DNA of 64,000 nt, from contig FR892671.1 in NCBI GenBank assembly GCA_000433535.1, positions 159,569 to 223,568 of the forward strand. The letters are read 5' to 3'. The DNA comes from Dorea sp. CAG:317 (GTDB taxonomy: Bacteria > Bacillota > Clostridia > Lachnospirales > Lachnospiraceae). Shown here one piece after another: positions 30,786 through 40,599 of the stretch. A program made the position numbers and the translations under genes. Positions within the stretch are counted from its first letter, which is position 1. Each line of letters opens with the position of its first letter. The notes under the pieces were generated by a model, which worked only from the letters and a program-made list of their open reading frames with translations, was not told the origin of the DNA and ran no database searches.

Positions 30786-31686
30786 TGTTCCTTCTTCCTT
30801 CCTCAAATTCCTCTGTTGTCAATACAGGTCCTTTTACACTTACTACTTTTGCAGAAATACAGTTTGCCATCTGAATAGACTCCGCAAAACGATATCCCGC
30901 CGTCCGCATTGCAATCACCGCTCCGATATGGGAATCTCCTGCTCCGATGGTATCTACCACTTCTGCCTTTTTCGACGGAATCACATGGTGCTTTCCTTCT
31001 TCCAGAAGGTGTACCCCCTCTTTTCCCAAAGTAATCAATACGGTATTTCCTGTCCATCCATGAAGCTTTTCCGAAGCCTTCACAATCTCTTCTTCACCGG
31101 TGGATGTCACTGCCTCTAACTCATTCAAATGAATGACCGGCTTAAGCGCATACATGCGTTTTGCTTTTTCCTCAGAAATATAAGTAATCCGCGGTCCCGG
31201 AGCATAGTATACCGTCATCTCCCGGTGTTCCTCCAGGAAGTCAAGAATGGCATCTCCGCCATCTCCTTCCAGCTCATATCCACTTACGTACACGGAATCA
31301 TAGTTCTCCACATTCAGAGTCTTAAACCATTCACGTTTAAAATGGCATTCTATTCCGGGTACAGTTAAAAACGTGCGTTCTCCATCTGCTTCTACCATAC
31401 ACAGGCAGTAGCCATTATCCGAATCCGCCGAACAAATCGGACTATTATGCCCTGCTCTTTGTAATTCTTTTCGGATAAAATCTGCATACATTCCGGTTCC
31501 CACCGGTGCAAATAACGTATAGTTTGTCCCGAAATGCTTTAGTATATCTGCAACATTATATGCACATCCTCCGACCATCATGGTCTGTCCCTTCGCATAT
31601 ACATCTGTACCGGACTTTGGAATCTGATCAATCTCCATCACAATATCCAGCATTGCCGCACCAACGACTATACATCCTTTTCCCAT
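30778..31686 (-). CDS. PfkB-family carbohydrate/nucleoside kinase (ribokinase-like)
   Basis: It is 302 aa. The N-terminal GG motif (VVGAAMLD) and the C-terminal DTIGAGDSHIGA anion hole are present. Confidence 0.85.
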   Translation of the reverse strand: MGKGCIVVGAAMLDIVMEIDQIPKSGTDVYAKGQTMMVGGCAYNVADILKHFGTNYTLFAPVGTGMYADFIRKELQRAGHNSPICSADSDNGYCLCMVEADGERTFLTVPGIECHFKREWFKTLNVENYDSVYVSGYELEGDGGDAILDFLEEHREMTVYYAPGPRITYISEEKAKRMYALKPVIHLNELEAVTSTGEEEIVKASEKLHGWTGNTVLITLGKEGVHLLEEGKHHVIPSKKAEVVDTIGAGDSHIGAVIAMRTAGYRFAESIQMANCISAKVVSVKGPVLTTEEFEEGRRNNE

Positions 31687-32678
31687 GTCACTCTCCCTCT
31701 CTTCTCTATGATTGCATCCGCATAATGTTCAAAATCTACTTGGTTTGCCTTCTGGATCAAAGCAACATATTCCTGTGGAATTTTCTCCATCCCCTGCGCC
31801 GCACCACAAATGGCAGTCGCCATAGCGCCGATGGTATCTGTATCTCCGCCCAGATTTGCACAGAGAAGTGCACATTTTTTCACATCAAATCCATAATACG
31901 CAATCGCAAGTGCTGCCGGAACTGATTCCGAAGTATTCACTCCAGCCCCTACCAGATTATAGAGATTTTCCAAAAATGCAGTTTCATCATCCTTGTACTT
32001 TTCTGCCAGCTTCACTCCAAGCATCGTTCTTGCACTTAACGACGGGCTTGGGGTGGAGGCTCCTAATTCCATGGCATATTCTGTGACAGAAAGAGCGTCT
32101 TCTATCATTTTCTCACGATTTTGATACTCCATTGCCGAAGCCACTGCCATGGCAATCATAGACGCTCCGGCAATTGTAATATCACTGGTATGCGTCACGC
32201 AGGAAACTGCCGCCACATATCGGCATAATTCTTCTTTTTGCGCAGTTGTAAATAAAGTGCCGATAGGCGCGATTCTCATTGCCGCACCATTGGACACCGC
32301 CTCATCTGAAAATTCTTTTGCACTTTTCCCTTCTTGAAAAAGCTTTAAAGCAACTTTAGAAGTCGGACCAAGAATATTATTTTCAAAGGCATTCTCCTTT
32401 TCTGCCCACTTTAAGATGTATGTTGCAATACTCTGACTGTCCGGCACAAAATCTGTCTCTATCAGACTATCTAAAATTGTCAGCGCCTGACTTGTATCAT
32501 CTGTAAATTGCCCTGCCTTATATTGATAAGAAATAATATTTTCCGGACACCCATCTAAAAAATCCGTAATCACACCATAATGTTCGAGACACCGCTTTCG
32601 GCTCCACAGTTCCGGCGGCATACCCATGGCATCTCCAATCGCCATCCCGTATAGTGCTCCCATTACTTTATCTCTCAT
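31668..32678 (-). CDS. ADP-ribosylglycohydrolase-family protein
   Basis: It is 336 aa. The ARH-fold signatures GALYGMAIGDAMG and a C-terminal GGDTDTIGAMA metal site are present. Confidence 0.85.
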   Translation of the reverse strand: MRDKVMGALYGMAIGDAMGMPPELWSRKRCLEHYGVITDFLDGCPENIISYQYKAGQFTDDTSQALTILDSLIETDFVPDSQSIATYILKWAEKENAFENNILGPTSKVALKLFQEGKSAKEFSDEAVSNGAAMRIAPIGTLFTTAQKEELCRYVAAVSCVTHTSDITIAGASMIAMAVASAMEYQNREKMIEDALSVTEYAMELGASTPSPSLSARTMLGVKLAEKYKDDETAFLENLYNLVGAGVNTSESVPAALAIAYYGFDVKKCALLCANLGGDTDTIGAMATAICGAAQGMEKIPQEYVALIQKANQVDFEHYADAIIEKRGRVTWEKDV

Positions 32679-32697
32679 ATTACTACATCTCCTCTCT

Positions 32698-32789
32698 ACT
32701 TATTATAATAAGTTATTTTTATTCACTCGTCTATCCACAAAATAAACAAAATATCAGTATATTTTTTTGTTAACTTATTATAATAAGTT
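32698..32789. promoter_or_regulatory. Two copies of a perfect palindrome, ACTTATTATAATAAGT, at 32698-32713 and 32772-32789 in the divergent intergenic region
   Basis: Each copy is read directly. Each is self-complementary. They lie about 75 bp apart between the ARH-PfkB-PnuC operon and the HutC-type regulator. Confidence 0.45.
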
Positions 32790-32880
32790 GGAGAATCCAT
32801 TTGAATTTTATTACTCACTCAAGTATAATAGAATTATATGATTTAAGGGATTATCATTCCCGTGAAATGGGGACATTACT

Positions 32881-33603
32881 ATGAGACAAACACCTAAATA
32901 TGCGATGATTGAAAATGATTTTATTGAAAAAATACAATCCGGGGAACTAAAGGCCGGCGCAGAGCTTCCCAGCGAATCGGATCTCATCCAATTATACCAG
33001 GTCAGCAGAGTCACTGTTCGGCGTGCCATTGATGAATTATATCATCAGGGATATATTGAAAAAATGCAGGGAAAGCGCACTTGCGTCAAAGGAAAAGTTA
33101 AATTACAGGAACTGACTTCTATTTCCAGCTATACCGAAGAGATCATCCGCCAGGGCATGACTCCTTCCCGCCAACTTCTTGCTGCTGAACTCAGAGTTTG
33201 TACCAGCGAAGAAGCAAGTCTGCTGCATCTTCAAAAGGCTGATCCTGTATTTCATATGACAAGAATTTACTTTGCGGATGGGACTCCACTCTGCCTTACA
33301 AGCACTGTTCTGCCTTACCATTTGTTCCGCGATATTGAAACCTATGATTTTGAACAACATTCTCTTTATAAAATCATAGAAGAGAACTATCATACACAAA
33401 TTACGACTTCATCGCTCAAACTCAAAGCAGTCTCTGCTTATGGAGATATTTCCGAGCATCTCAATGTCAGTGATGATACGCCACTTCTATACTCTACAGG
33501 ATTGACCTATGGGATTAAAAATGATGAAGAAATTCCGATCGAGCTTTTCTATAACTATTATTTGACGACGCGATTTGAATATTCATTGATACAACGAAGA
33601 TAA
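32881..33603 (+). CDS. GntR-family regulator, HutC subfamily (UTRA effector domain)
   Basis: An N-terminal wHTH (LPSESDLIQLYQVSRVTVRRAIDEL) is followed by a UTRA-like C-terminal domain. Confidence 0.85.
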   Translation: MRQTPKYAMIENDFIEKIQSGELKAGAELPSESDLIQLYQVSRVTVRRAIDELYHQGYIEKMQGKRTCVKGKVKLQELTSISSYTEEIIRQGMTPSRQLLAAELRVCTSEEASLLHLQKADPVFHMTRIYFADGTPLCLTSTVLPYHLFRDIETYDFEQHSLYKIIEENYHTQITTSSLKLKAVSAYGDISEHLNVSDDTPLLYSTGLTYGIKNDEEIPIELFYNYYLTTRFEYSLIQRR

Positions 33604-33640
33604 GGGGGAGGTGCTTTCGCACCTCCCCCTTGTATCATTT
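33604..33640. terminator. Strong bidirectional terminator (GGGGGAGGTGC-tttc-GCACCTCCCCC)
   Basis: An 11-bp GC-rich perfect stem is followed by a T-rich tail. It lies between the convergent regulator and msmK. Confidence 0.7.
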
Positions 33641-33658
33641 CTTACTTTAACAATACAC

Positions 33659-34771
33659 CTAGTTTGTGATTGTCTCCTCAGTTTCTTTGTCAAATACGTG
33701 AATCTTCTCTGCGTCTAAAGCAAATTTCACAACATCACCTGTTCTTGCAGCTGTCTTAGGCTCAACTCTTGCTGTCATGTTTGCTCCTTCATAATCAAAG
33801 TATAAGAATACTTCTGCACCAAGCATCTCGTATACACGAATCTTTGCTTCGATCACTGTATCTGGAGATTTTGCGATGAAATCAGCTTCATCATGTACAT
33901 CTTCCGGACGGATACCAAGAACAACTGTCTTTCCATCATAACCGCCTTCGATCAGCTTTTTCGCTTTCTCTTCCGGAAGTTTGATTGCAGACGGACCAGC
34001 CTGAAGATAAACATCTTTACCGTCTACTTTACATGTAGCGTCAACGAAGTTCATCTGTGGTGAACCGATGAATCCTGCTACGAATAAGTTACATGGACGA
34101 TCATAAAGTGTCTGTGGTGTATCTACCTGCTGTACAACACCTGCGTTCATTACTACGATTCTTGTTCCAAGTGTCATAGCTTCTGTCTGGTCATGTGTTA
34201 CATAAATAATCGTTGTACCGAGTCTCTGATGTAATCTGGAAATCTCAACACGCATCTGTCCACGGAGTTTTGCATCCAAGTTAGAAAGAGGCTCATCCAT
34301 GAGGAATACTTTCGGGTTACGAACGATTGCACGTCCCATAGCTACACGCTGTCTCTGTCCACCGGATAACGCTTTCGGCTTACGATCAAGAAGAGCTTCC
34401 AGATCAAGGATTCTTGCAGCTTCTTTTACCATTTTATCAATCTCGTCTTTTGGTACTTTTCTAAGTTTCAGACCAAAAGCCATGTTATCATATACTGTCA
34501 TATGTGGGTACAGAGCGTAGTTCTGGAATACCATTGCGATATCTCTGTCCTTTGGCTCTACATCATTTACCACTTTGTCACCGATCATAAGCTCACCGGA
34601 AGAGATGTCTTCCAGACCTGCGATCATACGAAGTGTTGTAGATTTACCACATCCTGATGGTCCTACGAAAATGATGAATTCTTTATCCGCAATCTCAAGA
34701 TTGAAGTCTTTTACAGCTTCAAATCCGTTTGGATATACTTTGTTAATATGTTTTAATGATAAACTTGCCAT
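33659..34771 (-). CDS. msmK: Sugar ABC transporter ATP-binding protein (MsmK/MalK type)
   Basis: Walker A GPSGCGKST, the signature LSGGQRQR and a C-terminal MalK regulatory/TOBE domain are present. There is no adjacent permease. Confidence 0.9.
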   Translation of the reverse strand: MASLSLKHINKVYPNGFEAVKDFNLEIADKEFIIFVGPSGCGKSTTLRMIAGLEDISSGELMIGDKVVNDVEPKDRDIAMVFQNYALYPHMTVYDNMAFGLKLRKVPKDEIDKMVKEAARILDLEALLDRKPKALSGGQRQRVAMGRAIVRNPKVFLMDEPLSNLDAKLRGQMRVEISRLHQRLGTTIIYVTHDQTEAMTLGTRIVVMNAGVVQQVDTPQTLYDRPCNLFVAGFIGSPQMNFVDATCKVDGKDVYLQAGPSAIKLPEEKAKKLIEGGYDGKTVVLGIRPEDVHDEADFIAKSPDTVIEAKIRVYEMLGAEVFLYFDYEGANMTARVEPKTAARTGDVVKFALDAEKIHVFDKETEETITN

Positions 34772-34934
34772 GTTATACTTCCTCCTAAAATAGTTATTCG
34801 TCTTCTCTCTGTTAAAAAGTATAATAAAAAAACAGGCTTACGGGTATGCCCAAGTTGAACAATCTTTTTGTGCTTTTCTGTACAACTTGACGAACATGCC
34901 CGATGACCTGTTCTGATTTATTTCATCTCCCAAT

Positions 34935-35771
34935 TTAAAGAAGCGCCTGATAAATATCTCTTTTACTCACACCACGATCTTTTGCCACCTGCTTCATGGC
35001 TTCTTTTTTTTCCATACCGCCGGAAAGATAGTGTTCCATATGTTCTTCCACAGTAAGTTGTTCCCACTGGGCTTTTTCTTCTTCTCGAATTTCCAGTCTG
35101 CTCTTTCCCTCTATAACGATCACGCACTCCCCCTTCGGAGCGTTCTTCTCATAGTACGCAAGCGCCTCCGGAAGTGTTGTGGCAAACACCGTCTCATGCT
35201 TCTTCGTAAGCTCTCGGCAGACACTGACCTTGCGACCTCCCAAAACATCCCTCAGAAGCTTAAGCGTCTTTACCAGTCGATGGGGAGCTTCGTATAAAAC
35301 AATCGTCCTTGTCTCCTCTTTTAATTCATCCAGCACTGCCTGCCGCTCTTTCTTATCTGTTGGAAGAAATGCCTCAAACGCAAATCTTCTTGTCGGCAGA
35401 CCGGATATGGTAAGTGCGGTGATACAAGCTGCCGCTCCCGGCACTGCTGTCACTGTAATTCCGGATTCCTGACACATTTTCACCAATTCTTCCCCCGGGT
35501 CAGAAATTCCGGGTGTCCCCGCATCCGTGATCAATGCGATAGTTTCGCCATTTTGCAGGCGCTCCACCAGCTTATGCCCTTTTTCTATTTTATTGTATTC
35601 ATGGTAACTGGTCATCGGCGTCTTAATCTCAAAATGATTGAGAAGCTTTACGCTGTTCCTTGTATCTTCCGCCGCAATAAGATCCGCCTCTTTCAGCACC
35701 CGGATTGCACGAAACGTCATATCTTCCAGATTGCCGATGGGGGTGGCACACAAATATAATGTTCCTTGCAT
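34935..35771 (-). CDS. rsmI: 16S rRNA (cytidine1402-2'-O)-methyltransferase
   Basis: It is 278 aa with a tetrapyrrole-methylase fold (GTLYLCATPIGN). Confidence 0.9.
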   Translation of the reverse strand: MQGTLYLCATPIGNLEDMTFRAIRVLKEADLIAAEDTRNSVKLLNHFEIKTPMTSYHEYNKIEKGHKLVERLQNGETIALITDAGTPGISDPGEELVKMCQESGITVTAVPGAAACITALTISGLPTRRFAFEAFLPTDKKERQAVLDELKEETRTIVLYEAPHRLVKTLKLLRDVLGGRKVSVCRELTKKHETVFATTLPEALAYYEKNAPKGECVIVIEGKSRLEIREEEKAQWEQLTVEEHMEHYLSGGMEKKEAMKQVAKDRGVSKRDIYQALL

Positions 35772-35822
35772 TTCTGTCTACCCTCCTCTACTACAATATC
35801 AGTTTTACCATGCATTGTTTTA

Positions 35823-37256
35823 TTATGCAAGCAAAATCTCTACTGCCTCTCGTAATGTTGTTACTTCTCCAACATTTCCCGGGAAAATTATATATGGGGT
35901 CATTGGGAACTTACTTTCCTTTCCAGTTTGCCATACCGGAATTCCAGGACATATTTGGCCCATGACATTTGCTTTTTTCACACGAAGTGCTTTCGTTCCT
36001 ATATCACTTGATGTAATTCCGCCTTTTGCAACCACAAAAGCCGGTGTTACCTTCAACTTTCCGACTAACGACTGAACCGCATCAGATATTTTTACTGATC
36101 TCAAAAGAGCCTCCTCCTTTGTATCATTTTCAACTGATAATAGTTTTCGCCTTGTATAAACCACTACTGTTTTTCCGTTTTCGATCAATTCTTCTTCTTT
36201 TTTGACAGTTTCAATAATTTCTTTTTCAAACGCTTTTTCATCCAATACCAAATCCGAATTAAATTCCAAGAAAACCAATCCTTCTATTTTTCTTAATTCT
36301 TCCATCTGACTGGTAGTCTTTTTTGTGTGTGAGCCAACCACAACAATTCCACCATTCTTGGATTCCTTCACCACCATTTCCTTTCGCGTAAGCAATGGTT
36401 TGTCCGAAACTCCTCCCATTACTTTCACCAATGCAGCAGCGGTACGAAACATAAAATTCTTTCCCCTTGACATAGCCCGATATAACGCTATAGTAAATAC
36501 TTTCAAATCGTAATAATCTACCGCATTTACCACAACTTTTCCAAATCCCTGTACTTTCATCAGTTTTTCCATAATTCTATCAATCTGTTGTTCTCGCAGT
36601 TCTTTCAAAGTGATATATGTGACACTCTTCGCCGGATACTGTCCTTTTGTTTTTTCTTCAATATACTCACACAAATCAGAGGACTGATATCCAAATGTTT
36701 TATCTTTTGCAAATTCTGTCTGCCCTGCTGGAATAAGCTGATTTCCAGTTTTCACATAGTGAATATTTTCTATCGTATAACGACCGCCTTCCTTAAAAAA
36801 CGGACATATTATCTCTCCATCCACTCTTTTCGTTCCATCTGCCTCAAATCCTTCACGAAGCAACTCTGTTTCCAATGGATAGTGTCCTCTCAATGTAGAG
36901 TCGCCTCGGCTAATAATTAGATATTCTTTCCCGGTTTTTTTCGAGATTTTATCTATACGCTCAATAATTTCTTTGTGGCATAAAGTAGTCTGTTCTATCG
37001 TAAAACCTCTGGAATTCGTCAAAATATAAAACATTCGCGTCTTTTCTTCAAAACCACTTCTTATACTTTCTTCAGACCAGTCTGTATAAACAGAAACATC
37101 ATGAACCGTTTGTACTCCTGTTGGATCATCATCTAATACAATTATTTTTTTATGATTCTTTTCTATTTCGTCTTTTAATTCTTTTTCTATTTCTTTTTCA
37201 TTCTGCACAGTGAACTGATTTAAAATCTGTATATCCAAATTCTTTAACTCACTCAT
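35823..37256 (-). CDS. Four-carbon acid-sugar kinase family protein (DUF1537/DUF1357, OtnK-like)
   Basis: It is 477 aa. The N-terminal motif IVLDDDPTGVQT is DxxTG-like and typical of the family. Confidence 0.75.
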   Translation of the reverse strand: MSELKNLDIQILNQFTVQNEKEIEKELKDEIEKNHKKIIVLDDDPTGVQTVHDVSVYTDWSEESIRSGFEEKTRMFYILTNSRGFTIEQTTLCHKEIIERIDKISKKTGKEYLIISRGDSTLRGHYPLETELLREGFEADGTKRVDGEIICPFFKEGGRYTIENIHYVKTGNQLIPAGQTEFAKDKTFGYQSSDLCEYIEEKTKGQYPAKSVTYITLKELREQQIDRIMEKLMKVQGFGKVVVNAVDYYDLKVFTIALYRAMSRGKNFMFRTAAALVKVMGGVSDKPLLTRKEMVVKESKNGGIVVVGSHTKKTTSQMEELRKIEGLVFLEFNSDLVLDEKAFEKEIIETVKKEEELIENGKTVVVYTRRKLLSVENDTKEEALLRSVKISDAVQSLVGKLKVTPAFVVAKGGITSSDIGTKALRVKKANVMGQICPGIPVWQTGKESKFPMTPYIIFPGNVGEVTTLREAVEILLA

Positions 37257-37265
37257 AGCTTCCTC

Positions 37266-38063
37266 CTATATATTAAGCATTTTTCTTGCTTCTTGCGGTG
37301 TCATTGGTTCCTTATCCATTGCCTTTAACAATCGCACCGTCTTCTCAACCAATGCCACATTATTATCTACTTGCGTCATCGGATCCAAATAATTACTATC
37401 CTCAAATCCAATACGCACCGTTTTCGCACCAAGCCCCAGAGCTCCTGCAATAATACCAAAATCTCGCCTATTAGCATGTGTAATTCCCCATATTGTATCT
37501 TTTGGAATGAAATTCACCATAGCTGCTAATGCTTCCGGAGTAGCCGGGGCTTCCCCTTTATGTCCCAAAACCACACTAAATAAAATAGGATTCTTCATAG
37601 GAAATTCTTTTCTCAATTCCTGTACTATATAAGTATGACCTATTTCAAAAACCTCTATTTCTGGCGTTTTCCCTGTCTTTATAATTTCATTTACGCAATA
37701 TTTTACTTCTGGAATAGGGTTACAATATACAGAATCTCCAAGATTTGTAGAGCCAACATTCAATGAACATGCTTCAATTTTATCATAGTAGAGCGGCGCA
37801 CATCTTTCTTCTATCGTCAAATTAGATACGCCTCCCGTAGATGCCTGAATTACAATATCTGATTGCTCTCTGATTCTTTCCACAGTCTCCTTCAGAACAC
37901 TCAAATCCGAAGTCAGATTTCCTTTTTTATCTCTTACATGTAAATGTACCATAGCTGCACCTGCTTCAGCACATGCTATTACATCTTGTGCAATTTTTTT
38001 TGGATTAATATCATGATTTGTTGCACTGACTGGTGCTACAGAAATTAAAATTTTCTCTGCCAT
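37266..38063 (-). CDS. BKACE-family beta-keto-acid cleavage enzyme (3-keto-5-aminohexanoate cleavage enzyme-like, DUF849)
   Basis: It is 265 aa with a TIM-barrel. His residues at HLHVRD are typical of Kce-like enzymes. Confidence 0.8.
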   Translation of the reverse strand: MAEKILISVAPVSATNHDINPKKIAQDVIACAEAGAAMVHLHVRDKKGNLTSDLSVLKETVERIREQSDIVIQASTGGVSNLTIEERCAPLYYDKIEACSLNVGSTNLGDSVYCNPIPEVKYCVNEIIKTGKTPEIEVFEIGHTYIVQELRKEFPMKNPILFSVVLGHKGEAPATPEALAAMVNFIPKDTIWGITHANRRDFGIIAGALGLGAKTVRIGFEDSNYLDPMTQVDNNVALVEKTVRLLKAMDKEPMTPQEARKMLNI

Positions 38064-38087
38064 TTCTTTTTCCTTCTTTCTACTATT

Positions 38088-38441
38088 TTATTCGTATAAA
38101 ACTTGCGCAATCAAAATTAAAGGTTCTTCCCCTTCACAAGCAATTCCATGTGTATCTCCAGGCATCGCTGCAATAATATCTCCTGATTCAAGATGTTGTT
38201 CCTCTCCGTTTATAATATGTATTGCCTTTCCTGATACTAATACCATTGACTCCATTTCTCCTTGATGTGTATGCATACCAATTGATACACCAGGTTCCAA
38301 CACATGCCTTACATATGCTCTCCCTTTTCCCAACATTTCTGCAGGGGCATCCAAAAGCTTCTGCATCCTTACAGTTCCTTCTCCACCCATACAGTTCTCA
38401 ATAGGGACAATCTCTATCTCTTTCGCTTTTCTATAAACCAT
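38088..38441 (-). CDS. Cupin-domain protein
   Basis: It is 117 aa with the two-His cupin motifs G.S.G.HTH and PGDTHG. Confidence 0.7.
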   Translation of the reverse strand: MVYRKAKEIEIVPIENCMGGEGTVRMQKLLDAPAEMLGKGRAYVRHVLEPGVSIGMHTHQGEMESMVLVSGKAIHIINGEEQHLESGDIIAAMPGDTHGIACEGEEPLILIAQVLYE

Positions 38442-38486
38442 CTTTCTTATTCCTCTTTCTTTTTATCTCTATCCTTTTTAAGTTTT

Positions 38487-38524
38487 AAAAATAAAAGCGG
38501 ATTCCAGCATTTCGGAATCCGCTC
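38487..38524 (-). terminator. Terminator after the GntR gene, separating it from the cupin-BKACE-kinase unit
   Basis: A hairpin gcggattcc-agcatttc-ggaatccgc is followed on the minus strand by ttttatttttaaaa. Confidence 0.55.
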
Positions 38525-38550
38525 TCCGACCGCATTTAATTAATCGCGGC

Positions 38551-39261
38551 TTACTTTTCCCAATATTGATAATGTCTTTCTACAATCTCTGGAATCTGAT
38601 CTTCTCTTTTATTCCTAAGCATATCCAACATATCTCGATGAAGAGTAACAAATTCTTCTCGATGCCCTCTCTCCAACATATAGTCAATCGTAAGAACTCT
38701 TGTCTGTCGGGTAATTTTATCTACATAATAAGCAATGCTATCCAGCAAATCATTTTTCATAACATCTACAAGCACCGAATGAAATCTGACATCAGCTTCA
38801 AATATTTTTACAGAAGATGGCTCTTTCTTCTTAATTTCTTCTTCCATATTTCTTATCTCTATTCCAAGCTCTTCAAATTCCTGGTCACCCATTTGCTTCA
38901 TCGCTTCTTGTAATATTCCCAGATCAATAACTTTTCGCAATTCTATAAGCTGCTGCTTAGAATCTTTCTGCAAAATAATCCCATATAAAATCGGATACAA
39001 CATCTTATAATTATATTCCTGCCTAATATAAGTTCCATCTGCCCTTCGAATCTCAACGACACCATATGCTTCTAAAATCTTGATTGCTTCTCTAACAGAA
39101 TTCCTTCCAACATTAAATGTCTCGCACAACTCTGGCTCTGTCGGAATCTTATCCCCAGGCTTTAATTCTCCATTAATTATAGCGTTTGTAATCTGATCTA
39201 CGATTCGTTCTACTACTGACTTGTTCGCCAACGAAACTTTCATAAATTTGTTTTCACTCAT
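38551..39261 (-). CDS. GntR-family regulator, FadR subfamily (FCD domain)
   Basis: It has a GntR wHTH and an all-helical C-terminal FCD-like domain, and is 236 aa. Confidence 0.85.
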   Translation of the reverse strand: MSENKFMKVSLANKSVVERIVDQITNAIINGELKPGDKIPTEPELCETFNVGRNSVREAIKILEAYGVVEIRRADGTYIRQEYNYKMLYPILYGIILQKDSKQQLIELRKVIDLGILQEAMKQMGDQEFEELGIEIRNMEEEIKKKEPSSVKIFEADVRFHSVLVDVMKNDLLDSIAYYVDKITRQTRVLTIDYMLERGHREEFVTLHRDMLDMLRNKREDQIPEIVERHYQYWEK

Positions 39262-39327
39262 TGTATCACCCTAACAACATTCTTCGTCCTATGTTATAAG
39301 TATACAACAAGTCTTTTTTCTACGCAA

Positions 39328-40596
39328 TTATTTGATTAAACACGTTGTAAGCCACGGAACAAACGTAATAATCAAAAGCGCTGCCATCGACATTAGAAGA
39401 AGCGGCACCATCTTTCTGCATATTTCCTCAAATTTAACTTTTCCAATATCCGCCGCAACATACAGATTTGGTCCTACTGGAGGAGTAACCTGACCAATTG
39501 ATAGATTCAACACTAACACAACTCCCAAATGTATCATGTCAATACCAAGTGCTTTAGCAATCGGCATAATAATTGGTACCAGAATATATAATGCACTTGT
39601 ATTATCCATTACACATCCAGCCAGTAAGAATACGAAATTAATGATAAGAAGCATAAGGTATTTATTATCTGTCAAACCGATAGCAATCTCTGTCAGTCTT
39701 GATGCAATTCCCTGTTGAGTAAGAACCCATGAGAAAATCCCTGCATTCATAATAATCAATAAAATAATACCAGTAGTTTTTGCAGTACTGAACAAAGTTT
39801 CTTTAAATGAGGCAAAATCTAATTCTTTATAAATAAATTTTCCAACAATAAAGCTATAAACAACCGCAACAGCAGCTGCCTCTGTTGGCGTAAAGATACC
39901 TGAGTAGATACCACCAAGTACAATAACTGGACTTAAAAAGCCCGGCAAAGCTCCACCAAATGCTTTTAATATTTCTTTCTTACTAGCCCTTGGTTTATCT
40001 CCTTTCCATCCATTTTTCTTCGAATAGTAGAATACTGTCAGACATAATATTAATGCAAACGTAATGCCCGGTATGATTCCTGCAAGAAATAAATCGCTTA
40101 TTGATTCTCCTGTAATCATCCCATAGATAATAAAAGTAATACTTGGCGGGATTACCGTTCCAAGCGAACCAGAAATTGCGGACAACGCACTAGAAAATCC
40201 GGCATCATATCCTTGTTTAATCATAGCTGGAATCAAGATAGATCCCATTGCTGCAACGGTTGCTGTTCCAGAACCGGAAATCGCAGCAAAAAACAAAGCA
40301 CAAATAACAGCCACATATCCAAGGCCTCCGTGAATCGGTCCCATCATACTATCAGCAAGATTAATCAAACGTTTTGAAATACCACCTTTATCCATTAGAA
40401 CTCCGGCCAATACAAACAACGGGATTGTAAGTAAAGAAAATTTTTGTACTGTTGCCTGCATCATAGAAGGTATAACACCAAGTGGACTTCCTGTTACAAT
40501 TAATGTCAAAGCACTGGATAATCCCAAAGAAATAGAAATCGGGATATTCAGAAAAATAAATATTGCAAGTGAAATAAACAAAACTGCTGCTGCCAT
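39328..40596 (-). CDS. dctM: TRAP transporter large permease
   Basis: It is 422 aa and polytopic with DctM-family motifs. Confidence 0.9.
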   Translation of the reverse strand: MAAAVLFISLAIFIFLNIPISISLGLSSALTLIVTGSPLGVIPSMMQATVQKFSLLTIPLFVLAGVLMDKGGISKRLINLADSMMGPIHGGLGYVAVICALFFAAISGSGTATVAAMGSILIPAMIKQGYDAGFSSALSAISGSLGTVIPPSITFIIYGMITGESISDLFLAGIIPGITFALILCLTVFYYSKKNGWKGDKPRASKKEILKAFGGALPGFLSPVIVLGGIYSGIFTPTEAAAVAVVYSFIVGKFIYKELDFASFKETLFSTAKTTGIILLIIMNAGIFSWVLTQQGIASRLTEIAIGLTDNKYLMLLIINFVFLLAGCVMDNTSALYILVPIIMPIAKALGIDMIHLGVVLVLNLSIGQVTPPVGPNLYVAADIGKVKFEEICRKMVPLLLMSMAALLIITFVPWLTTCLIK

Positions 40597-40599
40597 CTT

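Noticed and set aside
32731-32745. The DnaA-box-like sequence tctatccacaaaa and the AT-rich tract, considered as a possible replication origin
   Set aside because: There is only a single imperfect box. No dnaA or dnaN is nearby, and there is no cluster of TTATCCACA repeats in the 24.7-25.8-kb tract.
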